From a virus (lineage: Duplodnaviria; Caudoviricetes), in the IMG/VR virus record IMGVR_UViG_3300032253_000246, positions 1 to 35,982 of that record: 35,982 nt of DNA. One strand, written 5' to 3'. The notes under the pieces are model-generated. The model did not search any database and had not been told where the DNA came from. It worked only from the letters and a program-made list of their open reading frames with translations. Below, one piece after another: positions 9,243 to 17,488 of this stretch. The translations under genes were made by a program, and so were the position numbers. Positions within the stretch are counted from its first letter, which is position 1. Each line of letters starts with the position of its first letter.

Positions 9243-10193
9243 ATGTCGCGAGCCTATGGTTCGAGCGCAACACTGCTGCTCAAACGAGAAACCGCCTATG
9301 GCACAACGCCGTCCGGCGATTACATCCGGATGCCGTTCAACAGCGTCTCTCTGGGCTCTGAACAGGGCCTGATTGATGACCCGGTTTTAGGTCAGGGGCG
9401 CGATCCACTGGCACCCTTGCAAGATGTGATCAACGATGAGGGCGACATCACGGTGCCCATGGATCCGCGCTATTTGGGCCTTTGGCTCACCGGTTTGTTT
9501 GGCGATCCCACCAGCACCGACAATCTGGACGGTACCTTCGATCATGTGTTTGTCTCTGGCGTTGATCTGCTGCCCAGCTATTCCGTTGAAGTCGGCATGG
9601 CTCAAGTGCCTGCTTTTTTCATGCACGCTGGCGTGGTTCTTAATTCCATTGCTCTGGACTTTCAGCGTTCCGGTGCTGCAGCGGCTACCGTAAATGCCAT
9701 TGCTCAGGGGGAGACCCGCAACGCAACATCTCAGGGCGGCACACCCAGCACACTGACCTTTAACCGCATCAGCCAGTTCCAGGGCTCCATCAAGAAAGCG
9801 GGCACGGCGGTCGCCAACCTCACCTCTGGCTCGCTGACCTATTCCAATAATCTCGAGAAAATCGAGACCATCCGCTCTGACGGTTTGATCGATGGGGCTG
9901 ATCCAACGGTGGCGTCATTGTCGGGTCGCATCGATGTGCGGTTTGCCGACACGACCCTGATTGATGCTGCTTCCAGCGGAACGCCGGTGGACCTGGAGTT
10001 TGGATACACGGTCGGTACATCCAGCGTCAAGTTCACGGCCCACGAAGTCTATCTGCCTAAGCCCAAGCTGGCCGTAGAAGGTCCCGGCGGCATTCAGGCC
10101 AGCTTTGATTTTCAAGGGGCCAAGAACGAGGCGGCAGGTCGAATGCTGACGGTGACATTGGTCAATGATCTGGATGGAACAGTGTACGCATGA
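9243..10193 (+). CDS. Tail tube (major tail) protein
   Basis: ETAYGTTP, LGSEQGLI and GPGGIQASFDFQGA motifs; AGGAG RBS; no sheath gene, consistent with a siphovirus. Confidence 0.85.
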   Translation: MSRAYGSSATLLLKRETAYGTTPSGDYIRMPFNSVSLGSEQGLIDDPVLGQGRDPLAPLQDVINDEGDITVPMDPRYLGLWLTGLFGDPTSTDNLDGTFDHVFVSGVDLLPSYSVEVGMAQVPAFFMHAGVVLNSIALDFQRSGAAAATVNAIAQGETRNATSQGGTPSTLTFNRISQFQGSIKKAGTAVANLTSGSLTYSNNLEKIETIRSDGLIDGADPTVASLSGRIDVRFADTTLIDAASSGTPVDLEFGYTVGTSSVKFTAHEVYLPKPKLAVEGPGGIQASFDFQGAKNEAAGRMLTVTLVNDLDGTVYA

Positions 10194-10693
10194 TTTCTTT
10201 AAAACAACCGATCCAGCCTTTTGATATCGAGCTTCCTTACGGCATCGCCGTTACCGTTACACCCTTAACCACGACAGCAATGGCGGCGGCGCAGGCTGGT
10301 GCCCGACGGCGTGTTGAAGCCGTGGAAGCGCAGGTGCGAGATCGTAAAGACTCAGGTCTGTCATTGGACGGACTTCCTGATCTCAGCGTTGAAGAGGAAC
10401 GGGACGGCTTTCTGCAATGCCAGGTCGTCTACGAATTAGCGACACGCCAGATCACCGCCTGGATCGGGATCGAAGACGACCCGCCGGTCACCCGGGACAA
10501 TATTATTGCCGTGATGGATATCTATCCGGTCGGCGAGCAGTTCCTGCAGAAACTGACCCTGCAGCAGATGTTGCTCAACGCCGCAAAAAACGCATCCGGG
10601 CTCTCTGCCTCTGGCATTTCAAGCCAGGTGGAGGGCCCGGATACTGCCAAGGCTGCTGGGAAGAAGGCGCGGCCTGTTCAACAAGAAAACTAA
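10190..10693 (+). CDS. Tail assembly chaperone (gpG-like)
   Basis: Between tail tube and tape measure; contains the slippery heptamer A AAA AAC. Confidence 0.75.
   Translation: MISLKQPIQPFDIELPYGIAVTVTPLTTTAMAAAQAGARRRVEAVEAQVRDRKDSGLSLDGLPDLSVEEERDGFLQCQVVYELATRQITAWIGIEDDPPVTRDNIIAVMDIYPVGEQFLQKLTLQQMLLNAAKNASGLSASGISSQVEGPDTAKAAGKKARPVQQEN
10585..10642 (+). other. Programmed -1 frameshift signal (slippery heptamer plus stem-loop)
   Basis: A-AAA-AAC at 10585-10591 is in XXXYYYZ phase. 10594-10605 (ATCCGGGCTCTC) pairs with 10631-10642 (GAGGGCCCGGAT), with an inner CTGGC/GCCAG stem. Confidence 0.8.
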
Positions 10694-10947
10694 ATCCGGG
10701 CGAATGCCCGTGTCCCTACCAGGAACATGCCCTGCAATCAGCGGAAGAACACCAGGCCTGGGACGTGCTCAGCGCCTGCCTTGGGCAATTACGCTTTGCG
10801 CCGTCCGGCCATGTGGCGGGCATCGATATGAACGCAGCTCTCAAAATTACTGAGGCTCGAGGTTTCGAGCCGGGCGTTATCTCCGAGCTTCTGAGCGCGG
10901 CAGAGAACGGGTTGGTTGAAGCGATGAACCAGAAAGAATTGGAATGA
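10585..10947 (+). CDS. -1 frame extension of the tail chaperone (gpT-like part of a G-T fusion)
   Basis: The ORF-track frame 10417-10947 is -1 relative to 10190. It is open from the slippery site to the tape measure start. Confidence 0.75.
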   Translation, partial: KKRIRALCLWHFKPGGGPGYCQGCWEEGAACSTRKLNPGECPCPYQEHALQSAEEHQAWDVLSACLGQLRFAPSGHVAGIDMNAALKITEARGFEPGVISELLSAAENGLVEAMNQKELE

Positions 10948-13865
10948 TGGCAAAAGCCAAACATACCTATGCAATCCGTCTCAGTGTTGACGGTGGCGGT
11001 AAGGTCAAGGCTGAGCTCATGGATGTGGGCCGCGCTGGTGACAAATCCCTCAAGAAGATTGAGAAAGCGGGTGGCCGTGCATCACTCGGCCTTACCAAAC
11101 TATCTGATCGCGCCCAGGCACTGGCCCGAAATATGAAGTTCCTCTATGGCGCAATTGCCGCCGCCGGGGCCATTCGCGGCCTGCAGGAAATGGTCAAACT
11201 CTATGCCGATTTTGAAGCCGGACTGATCGGTGTCGGCAAGACGGCAAACCTGTCCAAGACCGAACTGGCCGCATTGGGCCAAGACATCGACGCCCTTTCC
11301 AAACGCATCCCGGTGGCGACGGATGAGTTGCTGGCCATTGCCCAAAGTGCGGGCCAGCTGGGGGTGAAGGGTGCCGCCAATATTCTGAGGTTTACCGAAA
11401 CCGTGGCCAAACTCGGCACGGCGACGGATTTGTCCGGCAATGACGCGGCCATGGCTTTGGCGCGTATTCTCAATGTGACCGGGGAGACCATGGATACCGT
11501 GGATGTCCTAGGTTCAGTGATTGTCGCCCTCGGCAATAACTTTGCCGCCACGGAAAGCCAGATTACAGAAATGACCACCGAGATCGCCCGAGCCACCGCC
11601 GTCTTCGGCGTAAGCTCTGCCCAGGCCTCAGCATTGGCTGCGGCATTGGCTTCTGTTGGCGTTAAATCGGAAGTGGCGGGGACGTCCGTTGGTCGGGTTA
11701 TGCATATGATGGATGCCGCAGTGCGCAGTGGCGGCAAGCATCTGGATATTTTGTCTAAAATCACAGGTCAAACCGGTGCAGAAATCAAAACCCTGTTTCA
11801 GAAGGATTCAACCGCTGCCTTCGTGTTGTTCATCGAAGGGCTGAAACGGATCAGCGATGCTGGTGGATCAGCGGCGGAAGCCATGGCGGCATTAGGGCTG
11901 TCCGACCAACGTTTGTTAAAAACACTGCCCGTGTTGGCAAACCGTGCCGATCTATTGGCCACAGCGCTTAATCTTGCCAGCCGTGAGACCGAAAACGCCA
12001 CGGCCCTGAATGAGGAAGCGGCAAAGGCGTTCGAGAGCCTGAACAGCCAGACGGAGATGATGTGGAACAACATCAAATCATTGGCGCGTTCTATCGGTGA
12101 AGATTTGGCTCCCGGTGTGACCACTGCGGTCAAGGAGTTGGGTAGTCTGGCCAATCAGGCCAGCGTCGCCTATGAGCAATTGAAACTGCTGGCCCAGGGT
12201 GATTCCAATCTTGAGGGCCTGAGCCTTGGCAGTACTCGTTCCATTGTCGAGGAACGCCGAGCCGAGCTTCAGGAAATTTCCCGAGAATTAAACGAATTAA
12301 GCGACGTCGGGTTCATGGATGATCCCCTTGGCTGGGGCCGCAAGGTGGCGTTGGAACGCCAGCTTAAGGAAAAGACGGCCACCTACCAGCAATGGGCGAC
12401 GAAGCTCGCCTGGATGCAGAGGGATATGGGCGGCAAGCCAAACCCTGAAACCAGCACGGTTGCGCCGGGTGGCACGGTTGAGATTGATATCAAGGCCGCT
12501 CAAGCCAGATCTGATCGCATCACCAAACTTGAGAAAGACCTGCAGCGGCAACTGTTCATCCTGACCCATCAGGGGGCAGATCGTATTCGTGCTGAATATG
12601 AACAACTGGCAAAAGACATTGAGGCATTGCTTGCCCCGGACGGCAGCAATCAGTCTCAGGTGGATGCCTTGATGGATCAGGCCAGCTCCGTCCGTGACGC
12701 CAAGCTGGCAAGGCTGGCTGCCAAGGCACAAGAGGCTGCTGATCGAATTGCTGACGCAAATCGTAAAATTATAGACGGATTACGCGCCGAGCATGACGCG
12801 CTCGCCATGACCGACAAACAGCGCTTTGTCTCTCAGGCCCTGCGGCGATTATCGGCGGAGGCCACGGACGTTGAACAGCGACAGGTGCGGCAATTGGCCG
12901 GGGCCTTGTTTGAGGAACAACAAGCCATTGAAGCCCGCAACAAGGCCGAGCAGGAATCTACCAAACTAAAAGAAAAAGGCCGCGCTCTCACGGAAAGCCT
13001 GCGCACGGCTCAGGAAGCGTATAAGGCCGAGATTGCGGATCTCAATCGCCTGCTTGATGAAGGTGCGATTGCTCAGGAAGCTTTTGCTCGAGCAGCTGAA
13101 GAAGCCTATGGCCGTATGCTCAGCGCAAGCCGGGAATGGTCGGATGGTGTCACCCGAGCTTTGCGCGATTACGCTGAAGAGGCTGGCAATGCTGCCAAGC
13201 AATTTGAGCAGGTTACCACCCGGTCGCTGAAAGCCGGAGAAGACGCGTTTGTTCAGTGGGCCAAGACCGGCAAGTTCAATGCTGCCGACTTGTTCAACAC
13301 CATTGCCGAAGAGGCAATGCGCGCGGCCATTCGCATGTCGGTCATCAAGCCGTTCAGTGGTTTTTTGGAAAACGTGTTCAGTTCCATCGGGGCCAACCTG
13401 TTTAGTGGCGGATCATCTTCGCCTGTGGGGGATTTTCCTGCGGCGGGGCCGGTGATGGTTGCTCATACGGGCGGTGTCATTGGCATGGATGCTCTCGTCA
13501 GTCGTTCCGTTGACCCAGCTGTGTTTGCTTCTGCACCACGGTTTCATGGTGGCGGTGTGGTCGGCGGTGAAGTTCCGATCATTGCCAAACGTGGCGAGAC
13601 CGTTTTTACGGCTGGCCAGATGCGGATGCTGGGAGCGGGATTGGGGCAAAAGCCTGAGGTTAAGGTTGTCGTCAACGTTGATAACCGGGCACCGGGAACG
13701 GAAGCCACAGTTCAAACCCGCAAGGATTCCAGCGGTAACCTTGGTCTAGATATAGTTGTCGAGAAAGTTGAGGGCAAACTCGCACGCAATATTGGGCGCG
13801 GTGAAGGATTGGCCCCAACCCTGGAACGCCGTTACGGCCTTAACCCGGCGGCGGGGAGTTATTGA
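10944..13865 (+). CDS. Tail tape measure protein
   Basis: 973 aa, Ala-rich and helical. N-terminal TP901-type core (ALGNNFAATESQI); C-terminal lambda-type region (WSDGVTRALRDY, FHGGG, EVPIIAKRGETV). Confidence 0.93.
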   Translation: MMAKAKHTYAIRLSVDGGGKVKAELMDVGRAGDKSLKKIEKAGGRASLGLTKLSDRAQALARNMKFLYGAIAAAGAIRGLQEMVKLYADFEAGLIGVGKTANLSKTELAALGQDIDALSKRIPVATDELLAIAQSAGQLGVKGAANILRFTETVAKLGTATDLSGNDAAMALARILNVTGETMDTVDVLGSVIVALGNNFAATESQITEMTTEIARATAVFGVSSAQASALAAALASVGVKSEVAGTSVGRVMHMMDAAVRSGGKHLDILSKITGQTGAEIKTLFQKDSTAAFVLFIEGLKRISDAGGSAAEAMAALGLSDQRLLKTLPVLANRADLLATALNLASRETENATALNEEAAKAFESLNSQTEMMWNNIKSLARSIGEDLAPGVTTAVKELGSLANQASVAYEQLKLLAQGDSNLEGLSLGSTRSIVEERRAELQEISRELNELSDVGFMDDPLGWGRKVALERQLKEKTATYQQWATKLAWMQRDMGGKPNPETSTVAPGGTVEIDIKAAQARSDRITKLEKDLQRQLFILTHQGADRIRAEYEQLAKDIEALLAPDGSNQSQVDALMDQASSVRDAKLARLAAKAQEAADRIADANRKIIDGLRAEHDALAMTDKQRFVSQALRRLSAEATDVEQRQVRQLAGALFEEQQAIEARNKAEQESTKLKEKGRALTESLRTAQEAYKAEIADLNRLLDEGAIAQEAFARAAEEAYGRMLSASREWSDGVTRALRDYAEEAGNAAKQFEQVTTRSLKAGEDAFVQWAKTGKFNAADLFNTIAEEAMRAAIRMSVIKPFSGFLENVFSSIGANLFSGGSSSPVGDFPAAGPVMVAHTGGVIGMDALVSRSVDPAVFASAPRFHGGGVVGGEVPIIAKRGETVFTAGQMRMLGAGLGQKPEVKVVVNVDNRAPGTEATVQTRKDSSGNLGLDIVVEKVEGKLARNIGRGEGLAPTLERRYGLNPAAGSY

Positions 13866-14344
13866 TGCCTGTCATTTGGCCCGCCAACCTCCCATTGCCA
13901 AGCATTCAGGGTTATGGCGTTCATCCGGGTGAAGCAATCCTGCGCACGGAAATGGAAGCGGGGCCTGCCCGGCAACGCCGTCGTTACACCCAGGTGCCGA
14001 GCCGGATCTCCGCACGCTGGACGTTCCGCCGCGATCAATTTGCCCTGTTTGAGTCCTGGTATCGCTGGCACGCCAAGGAAGGCGGCGAGTGGTTCGAGAT
14101 AGAGCTTTTGGGTGGTATCGGCATGTCTATCCATGAGGCCAGGTTTACTAAACCTTTCGATGCCAAACCACGATCTGGAATTTTATGGGAAGTCACCTCT
14201 GAGCTGGAAATCCGTGAACGGCCCGTATTGACAGAAGACGCTTTGGCTATCGCGCTCGACAGCGACCTTTCCGCTTTATTCGCCACCGTTGATCGGTTGC
14301 ACGGGCTGGTGAACGTTTCACTAATCAGCCCCTATTCCTGGTAG
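13865..14344 (+). CDS. Distal tail protein-like (gpM position)
   Basis: WPANLPLP, LRTEMEAGPARQRRR and FESWY motifs; TGATG overlap with the tape measure stop. Confidence 0.75.
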   Translation: MPVIWPANLPLPSIQGYGVHPGEAILRTEMEAGPARQRRRYTQVPSRISARWTFRRDQFALFESWYRWHAKEGGEWFEIELLGGIGMSIHEARFTKPFDAKPRSGILWEVTSELEIRERPVLTEDALAIALDSDLSALFATVDRLHGLVNVSLISPYSW

Positions 14345-14354
14345 GAGAAATTAT

Positions 14355-15560
14355 ATGACAATGCAGACCGACCTTCAGGCGGCTGTAGACAAAGCCACGG
14401 CAGCCAGCGCTAGGCTGCACGATGTCGTTCATGGCGATGCAGTGTCCACCGTTACAACAGATTCCGGCCAGGTCAAGACGGTGGCCAAGGCGGTTGCTGA
14501 CATCGAGGCCGATATTGATGCCAGCCGCATTGAGCTCGATCAAAAGGTTGCCGATGCCGCAGCCAGCGCCACTTCTTCTCAAGCCGCCCGCACTGCATCG
14601 GAAACGGCTGAAACCGCATCAGAGACAGCCCAGTTAGGTGCCGAGATTGCCGAAGCCGGAGCGCTTACTTCGGAGACAAACGCGAACGCCGCGAAAGCAG
14701 CATCCGAAATCGCCCGCGATGCGGCCAGCGCCAGTGCCGGTCAGGCCGCGACAAGCCAGTCGGCGAGCGCTGCTTCAGAATCAGGTGCTGCTGCAAGTGC
14801 CCTGGCGGCTGTCATTTCCGAAAACAACGCCGCGACCAGCGACGGCATTGCAACCACGAAAGCCACAGAAGCTTCCGCCAGCGCCGATGCCTCCGCTCTT
14901 TCCGCAACGGCCTCCGCCGCCAGCGCCTCAGAGGCCAGCGGTGCAGCCGCGTCCTTGAACCTGCCGACCGCGACTGGACAGGCGGGACAGTATCTTCGGC
15001 AAAAACAGGATGAGACAGGCCTTGAATATGCTCAGGTCGATCTCGCCAGCCGGGTCGCCAAAAGCGGTGACACCATGACGGGTGACCTGACCCTGCCCAA
15101 TCTGGTTGCGACCGGTAACCTCCAGTCAGGGGCTGTCGGTGATGATGGCCGCAACACGGGGTTCAAGATCGCTGACGGCACGGATATTGGTGAACTTAAC
15201 CGGGTTAGCCAATATTACGACGACCTCATTGATAATTGCGCAGGCTATATCCCGGGTGGCAATTGCAACACCGACCTTCAATGGACCCCGCCTGACGGGA
15301 ATTGGTGGAACTGGGGGCTAGGCTTCTCGCCTGCCAATCCCAACGGTTATGACTTTGCCGGAGGTCAGACGATTGGGTATCAAACGGTACCGGTTGGCTT
15401 TGTTTACGCCTCCTACAACCTGGCTGCTGATGAGATCGGTGGCGGCGAATACCGCCGAGACTTCAACAACTGCAATTGCGGCGGCTTCAACTGTTATTCG
15501 AATTGTAACTGTAACTGTGCCTGCGCTTGTGATTGCGACTGCAATTGCGGCGATGCCTGA
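14355..15560 (+). CDS. Tail fibre-like protein with Ala/Ser-rich shaft and Cys-rich C-terminus
   Basis: AGGAG RBS; Stf-like Ala/Ser repeats; fibre motif VAKSGDTMTGDL; ends NNCNCGGFNCYSNCNCNCACACDCDCNCGDA. Confidence 0.8.
   Translation: MTMQTDLQAAVDKATAASARLHDVVHGDAVSTVTTDSGQVKTVAKAVADIEADIDASRIELDQKVADAAASATSSQAARTASETAETASETAQLGAEIAEAGALTSETNANAAKAASEIARDAASASAGQAATSQSASAASESGAAASALAAVISENNAATSDGIATTKATEASASADASALSATASAASASEASGAAASLNLPTATGQAGQYLRQKQDETGLEYAQVDLASRVAKSGDTMTGDLTLPNLVATGNLQSGAVGDDGRNTGFKIADGTDIGELNRVSQYYDDLIDNCAGYIPGGNCNTDLQWTPPDGNWWNWGLGFSPANPNGYDFAGGQTIGYQTVPVGFVYASYNLAADEIGGGEYRRDFNNCNCGGFNCYSNCNCNCACACDCDCNCGDA
14550..14954 (+). repeat. Low-complexity Ala/Ser/Thr/Glu heptad-like protein repeat (fibre shaft)
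   Basis: Recurrent AxxS(A/E)xx units such as ARTASET, AETASET, AKAASEI, AATSQSA and SAASESG. Confidence 0.7.
15471..15548 (+). repeat. xC dipeptide repeat
   Basis: Codons such as aat tgt aac tgt aac tgt gcc tgc gct tgt gat tgc gac tgc aat tgc. Mixed synonymous codons indicate selection at the protein level rather than a DNA slippage repeat. Confidence 0.9.
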
Positions 15561-15572
15561 GGAGCTTGATTG

Positions 15573-16463
15573 ATGATCCAGCCTTTCACACGGCACTTCC
15601 CAGGGTTGGGGGTGCCGGTTCTATTATCTGTGCTGCGCGATACGCGGCGGGTTACTCTCAGAACCTTTCGTGCGGTAGCGAAAGCGCAAGCCCTTGATAA
15701 GGGAACTCGGTCCGCGAAAGCCACTGCTATTACCAATCGCATGCTCCGTCACGCAAAACCAAAGACCGATTGGGCTTATCGCTCCAAGCTGATTGATGGT
15801 GCCGTTCTCGATCCCAAATTCGCAGGGCAGACCTTCGAACCCTTGGGCGGGGTTTGCCTGGATCTGGATGCCGCCATGGGAGACGCCGAATGGAGTGATT
15901 ATGGAAACTGGGTGTTCCCTCTGGATCAACAAGGAGCGCCGGGAATACCCTTTAATCGCTATATCGAAACCACCAACACCAAGGCCCGTACGCCGCGTCT
16001 TCTTCAACTGAAAAAGGTTAACTGCGCCTTGCAGGTCTATGTTCCGTTTGGGTCCTGCGACTTTTCTAATTGCAGTTTCAGCATTGCGCATCATCCCGAC
16101 TATGGAATGATTGGCAATCTTGATCCAGGAGCCAAAGTTACCTTCGCGGAGGTACTCAAAGGCGCATCTCGCGCCTTCCCAAAACTTGCAATATCCGGTC
16201 CGGCTGAAGTGGCCCCCGATGGGTCTGCATTGCTGACAGTGTCGCTCAAAACCTCAAGCGGCACCCTGATTAGAGACGCGTCGCCACAGGTTTATCTCGA
16301 ACAGACAGCCGGATACCTGCCCAAACGTCGTGTGGTACCACAGGACGGCAATGCGCAATTCAAGGTATCGGCTCTCGGCCTCGAGGTTGGTGACAGCATC
16401 AGGGTCAAAGCCGGGTTCCGTCATTATGCTGGGTTGGCTGAGCATACGCTGCAGGTTATCTGA
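15573..16463 (+). CDS. Hypothetical protein with a putative C-terminal Ig-like beta-sandwich
   Basis: GGAG RBS at 15561. The last ~95 aa show an alternating beta-strand pattern (LAISGPAEV...LLTVSLK...VYLEQTAGYLP...AQFKVSALGL...IRVKAGF). Confidence 0.7.
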   Translation: MIQPFTRHFPGLGVPVLLSVLRDTRRVTLRTFRAVAKAQALDKGTRSAKATAITNRMLRHAKPKTDWAYRSKLIDGAVLDPKFAGQTFEPLGGVCLDLDAAMGDAEWSDYGNWVFPLDQQGAPGIPFNRYIETTNTKARTPRLLQLKKVNCALQVYVPFGSCDFSNCSFSIAHHPDYGMIGNLDPGAKVTFAEVLKGASRAFPKLAISGPAEVAPDGSALLTVSLKTSSGTLIRDASPQVYLEQTAGYLPKRRVVPQDGNAQFKVSALGLEVGDSIRVKAGFRHYAGLAEHTLQVI

Positions 16464-17485
16464 TGCTTAATGTCTTTTTGGGTTATGCCTGCAATTTTAA
16501 ATGCGGCTACTGTCTGCAATCGCCAGGTTCCCTGCCACCCGCCCAGAACCGCAGAAACACTGAGCAATTTGTCGAAAAAATCGTCCCCTTTTTGCAAAAG
16601 AACGGCATCGATGAGATCGCCTATTGGGGCGGCGAGCCGCTTCTTTACTGGTCCCAGATCAAGCCTATTCATGAGGGACTGCTGCACGCCGGTTTAACGT
16701 TCAAGTTTGTTAAATTCGTCACCAATGGATCGCTCCTTGAAGATCATCATGCGGAAGCCCTGAACAGTTGGAACGCTTATGTGGTCATTAGTCGGCATGA
16801 GGCAGAGGGAGAGGGCGCGCCGCACTGGGACAAGGTCGCCAAGCTCTGCCGTTCAAGTGTTTCATTTTTGTTTACCCATGGTGACATCGTTGCCTGGCCT
16901 TGGTTCCAGTTTTTGGATGGGTTGGAGCAACGTTGGGGTCGACCATTCTTTCCTTATGTTCACTGGGTACGGGCGACAGCCGGGTGCGATTCCAGGTTCT
17001 ATCTGACCCATGATGACCTTGATCACCATGTTCCCCATCTTTGGGATATGGCGGAACGGCGCTTGGCAGGTGACCGGCATGCCCGCTCCATGTTCGAGGG
17101 CCATCTTCGCGACTGGCGTCGGGATTTATATCCTGACGGTGACAGCAGACCAATGTGCCATGGCGATCATCACATCTCTGTTGATCTCGCGGGCAACCGT
17201 TACGGCTGTCATCACTCGGCTCGGGAAGAACTCAGGACCGGCAATATTTTCGTTGCAGAAGGGCCAACACCGAAAACAGAGCACGCCATTGCGCATGTCG
17301 AGAAATTTGTGAAGAGCGGGGAGTGTATGGTTTGTCCAATACGGTCCTGGTGCCGGGGAACCTGCCATCTCTCCAACACTCACGATGTGGACTGCCGCCT
17401 GGCCAAGGAAAAACACAAACTGCTCGCCTGGATTGACGCCCAGGAAATTGGCCCTAACGACCGTAACTCAATAAAGGTTCCCTGA
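16463..17485 (+). CDS. Radical SAM protein with SPASM-like C-terminal domain (rSAM-1)
   Basis: CNFKCGYC, WGGEPLL and TNGSLL motifs; C-terminal MC...VDLAGNRYGC...CMVCPIRSWCRGTC...C. Confidence 0.92.
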   Translation: MLNVFLGYACNFKCGYCLQSPGSLPPAQNRRNTEQFVEKIVPFLQKNGIDEIAYWGGEPLLYWSQIKPIHEGLLHAGLTFKFVKFVTNGSLLEDHHAEALNSWNAYVVISRHEAEGEGAPHWDKVAKLCRSSVSFLFTHGDIVAWPWFQFLDGLEQRWGRPFFPYVHWVRATAGCDSRFYLTHDDLDHHVPHLWDMAERRLAGDRHARSMFEGHLRDWRRDLYPDGDSRPMCHGDHHISVDLAGNRYGCHHSAREELRTGNIFVAEGPTPKTEHAIAHVEKFVKSGECMVCPIRSWCRGTCHLSNTHDVDCRLAKEKHKLLAWIDAQEIGPNDRNSIKVP

Positions 17486-17488
17486 CAC

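Noticed and set aside
10417-10584. ORF-track start of the 176-aa ORF
   Set aside because: The part upstream of the slippery site overlaps the chaperone and looks non-coding in this frame. It is better explained by frameshift entry at 10585-10591.
11201-11764. 187-aa minus-strand ORF and similar antisense ORFs throughout the structural genes
   Set aside because: Shadows of Ala-rich, GC-biased sense genes.
15462-15548. AAC/AAT-rich stretch resembling a diversity-generating retroelement template or variable repeat at a fibre C-terminus
   Set aside because: No second near-identical copy and no reverse transcriptase in the window. The Asn codons are explained by the NC repeat.
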